Shown: positions 1 to 9,308, numbered from the stretch's first letter. The stretch is DNA of 46,767 bases from Roseibacillus sp. (GCA_965242925.1 CBDEUM010000002.1:1-46767); one strand, 5' to 3'. Program-made: numbers and translations. Notes: generated by a model from the sequence alone, not told the origin.

Positions 1-73
1 TCAGATTTCCCTCTCCGTCGATACCTGCCTCAGCAGCACCGGGTGCACAGAAAAGCAGGGATGCAGCAGGGCC

Positions 74-1297
74 TCAGACCCGTTCTATCCTTCCGGTTGC
101 TCGTTGATCCTGGTTTTCCTGCTTCCCTGGATTCCGGGCGATACCCGCCGCAGTCTTCTTCACCGCAGCGGCGTCCATAAGAACGTCGACTTCCACCTGG
201 AACTTCCTCGCCTGACCAGGCGCAATCTTTTTCACGCGGCCACGCTCCCGCTCAACGGAACGGTTGTAGGGATAACCCGATCCCGGCTCCAGGCCGGTCA
301 CGTAGCCCTTCTCACCCACATCGGTGTTCTTCCACAGCGTGAAGAAAGGCAGGCTGTCCACGTTGTAGGACATGGCCACCCCACGCGTTGCGTCCGCGTT
401 CTGCAGCATGACCGTGGTGCGACCGTCCGCACCGGCATTGAGCTCCATGCAGTAAACCGTCTCCCCGTAGCCCTTGGTGGGCGCGTAGTAGACCTGGTAA
501 TCCTTCAATTCCTCGACCGCGCGCTCATCAAAGGGCGTCACGCTTCTGGTGGCGGCAAGGAAACGCGATCCCTTCTCAAGGAGTGGTTCACCATAGTTGG
601 TGTGATAGATGATTTCAAATTCCTGCGGGTTCGATCCACGATTGGTCAGAGTGTCGTCAAAGCGCACCGAAGTGCTCCCAATCTCGGTCGAGATATCGGT
701 CACCATCTCAAAGTTCACGAACTTGAACATCTTCTCCTCCACCCGGCCACGCACATGCAACCGGTTGTCCCTCAGGAAGACCTCCACCTTGGAAGCGGGC
801 AGGTTCGAGGCCTTGCCGTGCAGGCTCAGCATCTTGCCATCGTCTTCACCCGGATGCCCGGCAAACTCATAACCACACCGCGTCATCCACTCATTGAAGC
901 CATCCAGCCATCCCAGCCCACCCCGGTCCGCCGGGTTGATAAAAAGCGGATTGACCAGCTCAGTGACGGGAGAATTCCAGCCCAGTCTGACATCCCCGCA
1001 GTAAAGCTTGTGGACGTTCATCCCTCGGGTGGGAACAACCGTGAACCGCAGTTTGCCATTGTTGACCTCCACCACGTCCACTCCTGCCTGCTTCCCACCC
1101 CGCAGGGTGTACTTGCGGACCGACCAGGCCACGTCCCCGGTCTTGCCGACGCCGCTGTCGATCGAGAAATCCTCCACCCAGGTATTGGTGGAGGTGTCGG
1201 TCAGGGTCTCATGGAATTCCTGGGCAGAGAGCGGTGCGACCGAAACGGACAGGCTGATGCACAGGACGTGGGCAAGGGCGAACGATTGTCTTTTCAT
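74..1297 (-). CDS. Aldose 1-epimerase family protein (DUF4432-like), with signal peptide
   Basis: Motifs LRGGKQAGVD, PTRGM, GWLDGFNE, LHG, YHTNYG, GLEPG typical of the DUF4432/galactose mutarotase-like family. Likely start ATG 1297 (MKRQSFALAH, signal-like). The last ~15 codons may be frameshifted. Confidence 0.85.
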   Translation of the reverse strand: MKRQSFALAHVLCISLSVSVAPLSAQEFHETLTDTSTNTWVEDFSIDSGVGKTGDVAWSVRKYTLRGGKQAGVDVVEVNNGKLRFTVVPTRGMNVHKLYCGDVRLGWNSPVTELVNPLFINPADRGGLGWLDGFNEWMTRCGYEFAGHPGEDDGKMLSLHGKASNLPASKVEVFLRDNRLHVRGRVEEKMFKFVNFEMVTDISTEIGSTSVRFDDTLTNRGSNPQEFEIIYHTNYGEPLLEKGSRFLAATRSVTPFDERAVEELKDYQVYYAPTKGYGETVYCMELNAGADGRTTVMLQNADATRGVAMSYNVDSLPFFTLWKNTDVGEKGYVTGLEPGSGYPYNRSVERERGRVKKIAPGQARKFQVEVDVLMDAAAVKKTAAGIARNPGKQENQDQRATGRIERV

Positions 1298-1347
1298 GGT
1301 AGGAGCCACAGCAAATCCCATGCCTCCACCCAATGACAAGCCAAACT

Positions 1348-3705
1348 CTACCGCAAGGTCACCCGCAACCGCAAAAAGAGGGCGCTCCGGTCATCCGGGA
1401 GGGGGCCACGGTAGCAGGCCCGCTCACCGGTGCCCTCCTCCCCCCTCTCCACCCGGTCCAGGGTGAGAAGTTCTGTCAGGGTCTCCCAGCGCTCGCCCTC
1501 CAGCACTTCCAGATCGTAGCGCAACGCCAGAACCTCATAGCTCCCGGAACCCCTCTCCACTCCTCCCCGCCAGCGCTCGTAGCTCACTTCCATGCCATCC
1601 TCATCACTGCGCACCTCAAAGACCGGACGCTCACGGGCACTGGTGGGATCGGAAAACCCTGCGAACTCCAGGAAGTTCGTCCAGCCATCCGAGTCGAGAT
1701 CTCCCGCGAAGGAACCCGTGAGGTTCTCCCCCCGGGAGTAAAACTCAATCCAGGCATCAAAGTCCGTGCCGCCTGCATCTGCCACCATGAGCGGAGCGGG
1801 CTCCGACTGCACGAACCCGACCGGGTTTGTGATCCGACAGGAATAGCCTTCCTCTCCCACGTGATTCAAGGGTGCATTCAGGTCCGCGAGAATCAGGTTT
1901 GCACTCCGGGACCCGCTCACCCCTCCGCCATCCTGCAGCGCCACTGCCCCCTGGTACCACTGGTAGCTCAGCGGTTCACTGCCCCGCACTTCCACGGAAT
2001 AGGATGCCGCTCCACCTTCCCAGAGAAACCGGGGAACAGACTGCCGTGTCATCGTGGGTGCCACCTGAATCTTGAGCTGGGTTGCCATTGAATGCGAGCT
2101 GGTGCTCCCATTGGAGACCCAACAGGAGTACTCACCGGTATCTTCCAGCACAAGATCACTGAGCTCCAGCAGGTGACTGGCCGTTCCCGTCACGCGTGGA
2201 CCGTCCACCAGAGGCACTCCGTCTCGAAACCAGCGGTAGGCCGGCGGAGGAGTTCCCACGGCCTCCACCCGCAAGTTGACTCCGTCCCCGGAATCCGCCA
2301 GCACCTCGCTCAGAGGTTGCTCGGTGATGGCGACCGGGCTCTTCTCCAGGGATGCCTCGAACCCCTCCAGCCGGGCCTGCAGGCCTGCGGCCAGCACCGG
2401 CTCCGTCCCCGCCAGGTTGCTGCGCTCCTCCGGATCGGCCGCCAGGTCGTAGAGTTCCAGTCGCGCGGGAATTTCCTCACCCTCTTCCCCTTCCCGGGCT
2501 TCTTCCCACAGCAACTTCCACCGGCCATCCCGGATCGCGAAGCGCGGGGCATTGTTGATCTCCCCGACCGCATCTGAGCGAAACTCCCAGATCAGCGGCC
2601 GTTCACGCACCGCGGGAGTCCCTTTCAGTGCCTGCAGCATATCCTCGCCGTCCAGATGCGGGGGGAGCTCCGCTCCCACCAGGGCGCTCACCGTGGGCAA
2701 CCAGTCGAGGGAGCTCATCACGGTTGTGGAGTCCACTGTTCCCGCTGGAATCCTGCCGGGCCAGCGTGCAATACAGGGCATCCGGACGCCCCCTTCGTAG
2801 ATACTGCGCTTGCGCCCGCGAAATCGCCCTGAACTACCGCTCCCCGGACCCACTCCCCTCACAATCCGGAAGTCCTCCGGGCCGTTGTCGCTCGTGAAGA
2901 GAAGCAGGGTGTTGTCGGCCAATCCCCGCTTATCAAGGAACTCAAGAAGATTACCGATCGCAGCATCCACGCTGGTCATCACCGCGTTGTACTCAAGAAA
3001 GCGCTCCTCCGGATCCGGCAGGATCTCGCCGTAGTCACGCATATGCGGTGTGAAATCGGTCAGGGGGAAGGTCTCCCCGTCATAGACGCGTTTCTGGTTC
3101 GCGGATGCCACCACCGGCCGATGCATCTGGAACAGCCAGAGGTTGATATAAAAGGGCTGGTCCCCCGCCAGTTCCACAAAATTGATGGTCTCCTCCACGC
3201 AGTAGAACGAAGAGTAGGATCGAAAGTAATCGCCCGATCTCCAGACCGAATGGTAGTGGTCGATCCCGTAGTCGCGCTGGGGGGGGTAAGAACCGCTGCG
3301 CAGGTGCCATTTGCCAATGTGGCCGGTGCGGTATCCCGCTCTTTTCGCCACATCCGCCACGGTCACGACACTGGGATTCAGAAAGTTCGGCATGCCCCGC
3401 CGCCAGTTCGCACGCGTGTCGGCGTTGATGTAGTCGTGGATCCCGAAGCGCGAGGGATGAAGCCCGGTCATGAAGGAGACCCTGGTCGGCGAACAGACCG
3501 GAGATGCCACGTAGTAGTTCTCAAAGACCCTCCCTTCCCCCACCAGACGGTCCAGATGCGGGGTTTTTACGTGTGGGTGCCCCAATGCGGCGATATCCCA
3601 CCCCATGTCATCAGTGAGGATCAGGATGATATTGGGCAGCTTCTCACCCCGCCCGCCATTCGCCAGCATCCCCGCAATCATCACGACCAGAAGCACCCGG
3701 GACAT
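1348..3705 (-). CDS. Cys-type sulfatase with two Ig-like domains and a Verrucomicrobia-type C-terminal domain
   Basis: Signal peptide, PNIILILTDD, CSPTR, GKWH, SDNG, YEGG. Then two Ig repeats (PVAITEQP...YRWFRDG...DTGEYSC; PTMTRQS...YQWYQG...YSCRITN) and a DLDSDGWTNFLEFA...LFLRLRV tail. Start taken at ATG 3705. Confidence 0.9.
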   Translation of the reverse strand: MSRVLLVVMIAGMLANGGRGEKLPNIILILTDDMGWDIAALGHPHVKTPHLDRLVGEGRVFENYYVASPVCSPTRVSFMTGLHPSRFGIHDYINADTRANWRRGMPNFLNPSVVTVADVAKRAGYRTGHIGKWHLRSGSYPPQRDYGIDHYHSVWRSGDYFRSYSSFYCVEETINFVELAGDQPFYINLWLFQMHRPVVASANQKRVYDGETFPLTDFTPHMRDYGEILPDPEERFLEYNAVMTSVDAAIGNLLEFLDKRGLADNTLLLFTSDNGPEDFRIVRGVGPGSGSSGRFRGRKRSIYEGGVRMPCIARWPGRIPAGTVDSTTVMSSLDWLPTVSALVGAELPPHLDGEDMLQALKGTPAVRERPLIWEFRSDAVGEINNAPRFAIRDGRWKLLWEEAREGEEGEEIPARLELYDLAADPEERSNLAGTEPVLAAGLQARLEGFEASLEKSPVAITEQPLSEVLADSGDGVNLRVEAVGTPPPAYRWFRDGVPLVDGPRVTGTASHLLELSDLVLEDTGEYSCWVSNGSTSSHSMATQLKIQVAPTMTRQSVPRFLWEGGAASYSVEVRGSEPLSYQWYQGAVALQDGGGVSGSRSANLILADLNAPLNHVGEEGYSCRITNPVGFVQSEPAPLMVADAGGTDFDAWIEFYSRGENLTGSFAGDLDSDGWTNFLEFAGFSDPTSARERPVFEVRSDEDGMEVSYERWRGGVERGSGSYEVLALRYDLEVLEGERWETLTELLTLDRVERGEEGTGERACYRGPLPDDRSALFLRLRVTLR

Positions 3706-3931
3706 AAACAGGCCCGGACCCTCCGGCCGGAGGCAAGGGGGAGGATTCGAAGTGGAGCAGCTCATCAGACGGGGAGGGAGAAATTAAAGGCAGGACCCGT
3801 GCGGGCTGCAAGCCGCGACTGGATCGTCGTTCGTCCCCGCTGCTGCCCTCCCGGCCAGGCACGCGGACCGAAAAGCAACTCTCCCCGCAACCCTGGAGAA
3901 CCCACGATTCAGGCTGGAATTGAAATCCTTC

Positions 3932-6900
3932 TTACTGGCACGCCTCGCATTCCCCGCCATTCATCATGGCTTCGATGGAACAGGCGTTCTGCTCTTCAGG
4001 AGTGGAGGTCTCTCTCTCGGATGCGCCCTCCTGCGGCACGTCATTCCTCTTCGCCTGCACGGTGGACTTCTCGATGTTGCTGGCCTGCAGGGTGCGCAGG
4101 TAGTAGGTGGTCTTGAGCCCGGCGCGCCAGGCGTGCCGGTACATGTGGCTGAGAGCCTTCATGTCCGGTTCCGCCAGGAAGAGGTTCACGCTCTGACTCT
4201 GGTCAATCCACTTCTGCCGACGGGAGGCGGCATCGATGAGGAATTGGAAGCCGACCCCGAAGACCGTGAGGTGCTTCTGCTTGATCTCATCGGGGATCTC
4301 ATCGATGTCACTCAGCTCTCCGTCGAAGTACTTGAGCTGGTCGAGCATGTCAGAGGTCCAGAGGTTCTCCTTCTTCAAATCCCGAACGAGTTGCCGATTC
4401 AGAACCGTAAAATCACCGCTCAGGTTGCTCTTCACGAAGAGGTTCTTGTAGTTCGGCTCGATGCACGGGGTGGTTCCCATGATATTCGAGATCGTGGCGG
4501 TCGGGGCGATGGCCAGCACGTTGGAATTACGCATGCCATGCTTGAGGATCTTGTCACGCACGGGCCGCCAGTCCATCTTGCCACCCCGCGGCACGGTGAC
4601 CTCTTCCCCACGCTCGTCCTCAAGGAGGTCGAGGGAATCCTGCGGGAGGATCCCGCGATCCCACTTCGAGCCGCGATAGGTCGAATAGGTGCCACGCTCG
4701 GCCGCCAGGTCACTGGACGCCCCGTAGGCATAGTAGGAAATGGCTTCCATGAACTCGTCATTGAAGGCCACCGCTTCCTCGCTGGCAAAGGAGAGTTTCT
4801 TCTTAAAGAGGGCATTCTGCAGGCCCATCACGCCAAGACCGATCGGCCTGTGCCGGCTGTTGGCGGTGCGAGCCGCATCAGTCGGGTAGAAGTTGATATC
4901 GATCACGTTGTCCAGCGCCCGAATGGCCACCGTAATGGTTTCACGCAGCATCTCGTGATCGAGCATCCCGTCCTTGGTCACGTGTGTGTCGAGCACCACT
5001 GAACCAAGATTGCACACCGCAGTCTCATCTTCACTGGTATTGAGTGTGATTTCCGTACAGAGGTTGGAGGAGTGAATTACACCCACGTGGTCCTGGGGAC
5101 TGCGCAGGTTGCAGGGATCCTTGAATGTGATCCAGGGATGCCCCGTTTCAAAGAGCATCTTGAGCATCTTCTTCCAGAGTTCGATGGCAGGCAGCCTGCG
5201 ACTCCAGATCTTGCCCTCCGCAGCCATCTCCTCGTACTCCAGATAACGCTGCTCAAAGGCCTTGCCGTAAAGATCGTGCAGGTCGGAGCACTCGTTGGAG
5301 CGCAGGAGGGTCCAGTCCTGCCGCGATTCCATGCGCTTCATGAAAAGATCCGGAATCCAGTTCGCGGTGTTCATGTCGTGCGTGCGCCGACGCTCGTCAC
5401 CGGTATTCACCCGCAACTCAAGAAAGTCCTCGATATCATTATGCCAGCTTTCCAGATAGGCACAGCCTGATCCCCGACGCTTTCCGCCCTGGTTCACTGC
5501 CACCAGCTGATCGTTGTGCAGCTTGAGGAAGGGGATGACCCCCTGGCTTTCGCCATTGGTACCCTGGATATAGGCACCCGTGCCGCGCACGCTGGTCCAC
5601 GAACCACCCAGGCCACCCGCCCACTTGGAGAGGAAGGCATTCTCCGAAATCCCGCGCAGCATGATCGATTCGATGGAATCGTCCACCTTGTAGAGATAAC
5701 AGGAGGAGAGCTGGGAGTGCAGCGTTCCCGAGTTGAAGAGGGTGGGCGTAGAGGAGCAGAAGCGGCGCCCCTTGTAGAGTTGATAGAGTCTCACGACCCA
5801 ATTCTCGCGATTGTGTTCCTCGGCCTTGAAGAGCCCCATCGCAACCCGCATCCAGAAGAACTGTGGAGTCTCAATGCGGCGCGGCTTCTCGGCGGTCTTG
5901 TCCACGATGAGATAGCGATCGTAGAGGGTCTGGATTCCGAGGTAATCGAAGTCCAGGTCGGCGGAGGGATCGAAGGCGTCCGCCAGAAGATCGAGATCAA
6001 AGCGCTCCAACAGTTCCGAGCTGATCCTCTTGATGGCTACCCCGTGCTTCAGATAACGCTTGAACTGCTTCTGGTGAGCGGCCTTGAGAGATGCAATTCC
6101 ATCCTGCTGGATCGACCAGTCGAGGACCTCCTCGTAGATATAACTGAGCAGGACGCGCGCCGCGAACTTGGCAAAGTCAGCATCTTTCTCGATGAGAGCC
6201 TTGGCATTGAGGATGATCGTGCGCTGCAGCTCATTCTCTGAAATCTCGGCCCCGATGGAACGCCGCAGCTCAAGTTCTATCTCCTCCTCGCTCAGGCAGA
6301 GATCGAGGCCAATCATGCTGAACTGGATGCGCTTCTTGAGTTCTGTTCCGTCCCAGAAGTCGCTTTGTCCATTCTCCCGGATGACCACAATCATGGAGTC
6401 CTGATTGGGATCCTCGGCGGACTCCGCCTGGTGCAGCTTGCGCACCTCCGCCCGTTGTATCCGGTAGGACATGTAGGCCCGCATCACGTCGAACTGGCCC
6501 TGCCGGCCCAACTCCTCCTCCACCAGGTCCTGGACATCCTCAATGTGCACGAATGCAGAATCACCTGCCCGCACCCTCTGGGTCACCCCGTGGGAAACCC
6601 GCGTCGCTGGCTCCGGATCCTTACGCAGATCGAGGAAGGCCTTGCGCACGGCGGTCTCAATCTTGGTTTCGCTCCAGGGGACAACGTTACCGTTGCGGCG
6701 GATGAGACGCACCGGCATGAGATGCAGGTCCTCGCTGACCACGATCTCACCGTTCTTCTGGTAACTCCTCGTGAAGACCAGGGACTTGGCCACATCGTGC
6801 GCGTCATTCTCGATCAGGGCCTTCTCAATCAGGAGGTAGAGATCATTCTGGCTCAGCTTGATTGCTCCTCCCCTCTGCACCTGCTGCATGAGACTCTTGG

Positions 6901-7204
6901 CCACACTGAAGGCCACTCCGGTCACGAAGTTGCGGTTTTCGTCATTGTAGATACTATCTTCCTGCTCCTCGCGGGAGAGCAACAAGTCGGTGAGGGCCTC
7001 CCCGATGGTATCCGCCACGTCGGCGAGCGAGAATTCCACTTCGCCCGCGGCACGGGTTACGATGATTTCCGGGATGGGAGCACGGTGTTCGGTTTCCAGC
7101 GAATCGCGCCAGTTGAACCGCTGGCAACTCGCCTCATCACCGTGACGGTTCGCAATGACCTGCTTCAGGGCGATGTCTTCTTCCAGAGTAATGGATCTGT
7201 ACAT
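3932..7204 (-). CDS. nrdA: Ribonucleoside-diphosphate reductase alpha subunit (class I), three N-terminal ATP-cone-like domains
   Basis: TPTLFNSG, LSSC, SNLCTEI (thiyl Cys and Glu), VCNLGS, APTATIS, DQSQS, TTYYLR, C-terminal CEAC. Confidence 0.97.
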   Translation of the reverse strand: MYRSITLEEDIALKQVIANRHGDEASCQRFNWRDSLETEHRAPIPEIIVTRAAGEVEFSLADVADTIGEALTDLLLSREEQEDSIYNDENRNFVTGVAFSVAKSLMQQVQRGGAIKLSQNDLYLLIEKALIENDAHDVAKSLVFTRSYQKNGEIVVSEDLHLMPVRLIRRNGNVVPWSETKIETAVRKAFLDLRKDPEPATRVSHGVTQRVRAGDSAFVHIEDVQDLVEEELGRQGQFDVMRAYMSYRIQRAEVRKLHQAESAEDPNQDSMIVVIRENGQSDFWDGTELKKRIQFSMIGLDLCLSEEEIELELRRSIGAEISENELQRTIILNAKALIEKDADFAKFAARVLLSYIYEEVLDWSIQQDGIASLKAAHQKQFKRYLKHGVAIKRISSELLERFDLDLLADAFDPSADLDFDYLGIQTLYDRYLIVDKTAEKPRRIETPQFFWMRVAMGLFKAEEHNRENWVVRLYQLYKGRRFCSSTPTLFNSGTLHSQLSSCYLYKVDDSIESIMLRGISENAFLSKWAGGLGGSWTSVRGTGAYIQGTNGESQGVIPFLKLHNDQLVAVNQGGKRRGSGCAYLESWHNDIEDFLELRVNTGDERRRTHDMNTANWIPDLFMKRMESRQDWTLLRSNECSDLHDLYGKAFEQRYLEYEEMAAEGKIWSRRLPAIELWKKMLKMLFETGHPWITFKDPCNLRSPQDHVGVIHSSNLCTEITLNTSEDETAVCNLGSVVLDTHVTKDGMLDHEMLRETITVAIRALDNVIDINFYPTDAARTANSRHRPIGLGVMGLQNALFKKKLSFASEEAVAFNDEFMEAISYYAYGASSDLAAERGTYSTYRGSKWDRGILPQDSLDLLEDERGEEVTVPRGGKMDWRPVRDKILKHGMRNSNVLAIAPTATISNIMGTTPCIEPNYKNLFVKSNLSGDFTVLNRQLVRDLKKENLWTSDMLDQLKYFDGELSDIDEIPDEIKQKHLTVFGVGFQFLIDAASRRQKWIDQSQSVNLFLAEPDMKALSHMYRHAWRAGLKTTYYLRTLQASNIEKSTVQAKRNDVPQEGASERETSTPEEQNACSIEAMMNGGECEACQ

Positions 7205-7381
7205 AATGGGCTTGGTGGTGTAGGGTCTTGAGTAAGGAGGCAGGGGTCAGAGATCGGGATGGAGGCAGAGGACTACCATTGGCTTGCTGGCATGCAGGAA
7301 GGGTTGGCTGCTCAGGTCGGCGACACGGCGCTCTTGACTTCACCAGACACCGAATACCCCTCCCCCCCGGGCCAACTACGA

Positions 7382-8476
7382 TTACAGGTCATCGTCATCA
7401 TAACTTCCCTCCAGAGAGGAGGACTTCCGGTATTCCGTGACGCGACCTTCAAAGAAGTTCTGCTCCTTCTTGATGTCCATCATCTCGGCAAGCCAGGGGA
7501 ACGGATTGGAAACATTATCTTGGAGAGGATCGAGACGGCAGTTCACCAGGCGGCGGTCACCGATGTAGTCGATATACTTCTCAAAGTCGGATACATTGAG
7601 CCCTACCGCGTCAACCGGCAGGCAGTCACGGATGAACTGCTTCTCAAGATCGATCCCCTGACGCATGGTCTCGCGCAGGTCATCGCGGAACTCTTCCGTC
7701 CAGATGTCGGGGTTCTCCACCACCAGTTCATTGAGAAGTTGGCGCAGGAGGTCGATGTGATTTGACTCATCGCGCAGGGTGTAACGGAACATCTGTCCGA
7801 TCCCCGGAAACTTGTTCTGGCGGTAAAGGCTCAGGATCATGCCGAAGAGCCCGTAGAACTGCGTTCCTTCCATCACCTGCCCGAACATGAACATGTTCTT
7901 GGCCAGGGCCTGCTTGTTCTCGATGAGGCTCAGATCGATATCACGCCGCATCCCACGGCTGTTGTTGACCAGGAAATCGTTCTTGGCCACGATGGTCGGC
8001 ATACTCTCGAACATGGCCTCGCACTCGTGCGGGTTCAGCCCCAGGGAGGAGATCATGTAGACCAGCGAGTCGGCGTGAATGTTCTCCTCATGCGCATGCC
8101 GGCCCAGAACCAGCTTGAGTTCGGGCGCAGTCACCAGTTCGCGTACCACGTGCAGGATGTTGTCCCCCACGATCCCCTCTGCCGCCGAAAAGTAGCCGAC
8201 CCCCATCTTGATGATCCACCGCTCCACGTCCGTGATCTCCTCCATCCCACGCCACTGTTCCACGTCCTTCTGCATTGGGATATCCTCCGGCTCCCAATGA
8301 TTGTTCTTCATCGTCTTGTAGAGATCATAAGCCCACTGGTACTTCAGCGGCAGAATGTTGAAGAACATGGACTCGCTGCCGTTAATGACCTGCTTGGCTG
8401 CAAGACCCTCTTCCGCTTTCTTCCGGTCGAGAACGAAGGTCCGGTCCCCGATTTGAACAGTAATCGTTTCAGACAT
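7382..8476 (-). CDS. nrdB: Ribonucleotide reductase beta subunit, probable class Ic (Mn/Fe, R2c)
   Basis: Ferritin-like ligands E100, E131-x-x-H134, E203, E237-x-x-H240. C-terminal NFFEGRVTEY. The radical Tyr position is Leu138. Directly upstream of nrdA. Confidence 0.95.
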   Translation of the reverse strand: MSETITVQIGDRTFVLDRKKAEEGLAAKQVINGSESMFFNILPLKYQWAYDLYKTMKNNHWEPEDIPMQKDVEQWRGMEEITDVERWIIKMGVGYFSAAEGIVGDNILHVVRELVTAPELKLVLGRHAHEENIHADSLVYMISSLGLNPHECEAMFESMPTIVAKNDFLVNNSRGMRRDIDLSLIENKQALAKNMFMFGQVMEGTQFYGLFGMILSLYRQNKFPGIGQMFRYTLRDESNHIDLLRQLLNELVVENPDIWTEEFRDDLRETMRQGIDLEKQFIRDCLPVDAVGLNVSDFEKYIDYIGDRRLVNCRLDPLQDNVSNPFPWLAEMMDIKKEQNFFEGRVTEYRKSSSLEGSYDDDDL

Positions 8477-8628
8477 GATAAGTGCGAAGGTGAAGTTACC
8501 CAGTTTGAGTAGTTAATTTATGTTTCCGAAGTATTTCTGCGGGTCGAGGCAGCGAGGGGGAGACTAAGATGCGAGCTCTCCTTCAGTCAACGGAATCTTG
8601 TCCATATTGTATGCTCAAATTATTGACA

Positions 8629-8644
8629 ACACTACATGTTGTGC
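8629..8644. promoter_or_regulatory. NrdR box (plus a weaker partner half-site 32 bp away, 8597-8612)
   Basis: ACACTACATGTTGTGC matches the NrdR consensus acaCwAtATaTwGtgt and lies ~150 bp upstream of nrdB. The ATATTGT half-site sits at the canonical 31-32 bp spacing. Confidence 0.8.
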
Positions 8645-8993
8645 TTTTGCAGAATCTGTAGCAGTTCCACTTTTTACTTGCGTGTCCCTCGATCCGGACA
8701 ATTCAGGCCTCAAGAGCCACTTTCTAACAAGTGCCTTGTTACTCGAATCCGGTCAAAAAAAATGACAAGCCTGCCATCGTTCGCCCTCTTACCCCCATTT
8801 TGCAAAAAGATCCCGTCCCGACTCCTCTCAGAGCTTTTGTTAGAATCTTTTCCCCTGATTTCTTGAGTTTTCATCCTTCAAAAAAATGGATTTCTAACAA
8901 ATTCAAAAAACAAGGTGTATTTTGCATCGCATCGGCTGCCTGGTCTGATAATAAGCTCGTTCACCATTGAGCACTCGCTCGATACTTGGCTAC

Positions 8994-9221
8994 ATGCGCT
9001 CAATCCTCCTCATCTGTGCCCTCTTCTGGACTTCCATGGGCGCATTTGCTGAATCTCCCCCGGAGAGCAGTCCCCCAGCCCCTGATACCGGTGCCAAACC
9101 TGTCGAATCAGAGCGCTCCAAGAGCCCCTCTTCCATGATTCCGGAACCCACCGCAACCCTCCTCGCCGGTCTGGGTGGTCTCGCCCTGCTCTTCTTTGCC
9201 ACTCGGCGAAAAGTGAGCTAA
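8994..9221 (+). CDS. Very small PEP-CTERM sorting-domain protein
   Basis: Signal peptide (MRSILLICALFWTSMGAFA), Ser/Pro/Glu-rich spacer, IPEP + hydrophobic helix + RRK tail. Confidence 0.85.
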   Translation: MRSILLICALFWTSMGAFAESPPESSPPAPDTGAKPVESERSKSPSSMIPEPTATLLAGLGGLALLFFATRRKVS

Positions 9222-9308
9222 GGCCACCAAGTCGGGCCCTCCAGGCTCCCGGAACGCCTCACGTGATGGAGCTTTGATCTCCGGAATTCGAACCTTCAGA
9301 CTTCAGGA

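Noticed and set aside
3932..7204. Intein or intron in the unusually long nrdA
   Set aside because: The extra length is N-terminal ATP cones. The catalytic core is continuous, with no intein splice motifs or homing endonuclease.
7205..7381. Small ORF or structured element between nrdB and nrdA
   Set aside because: Candidate ORFs overlap the nrd genes and lack motifs; no convincing hairpin or repeat was found.
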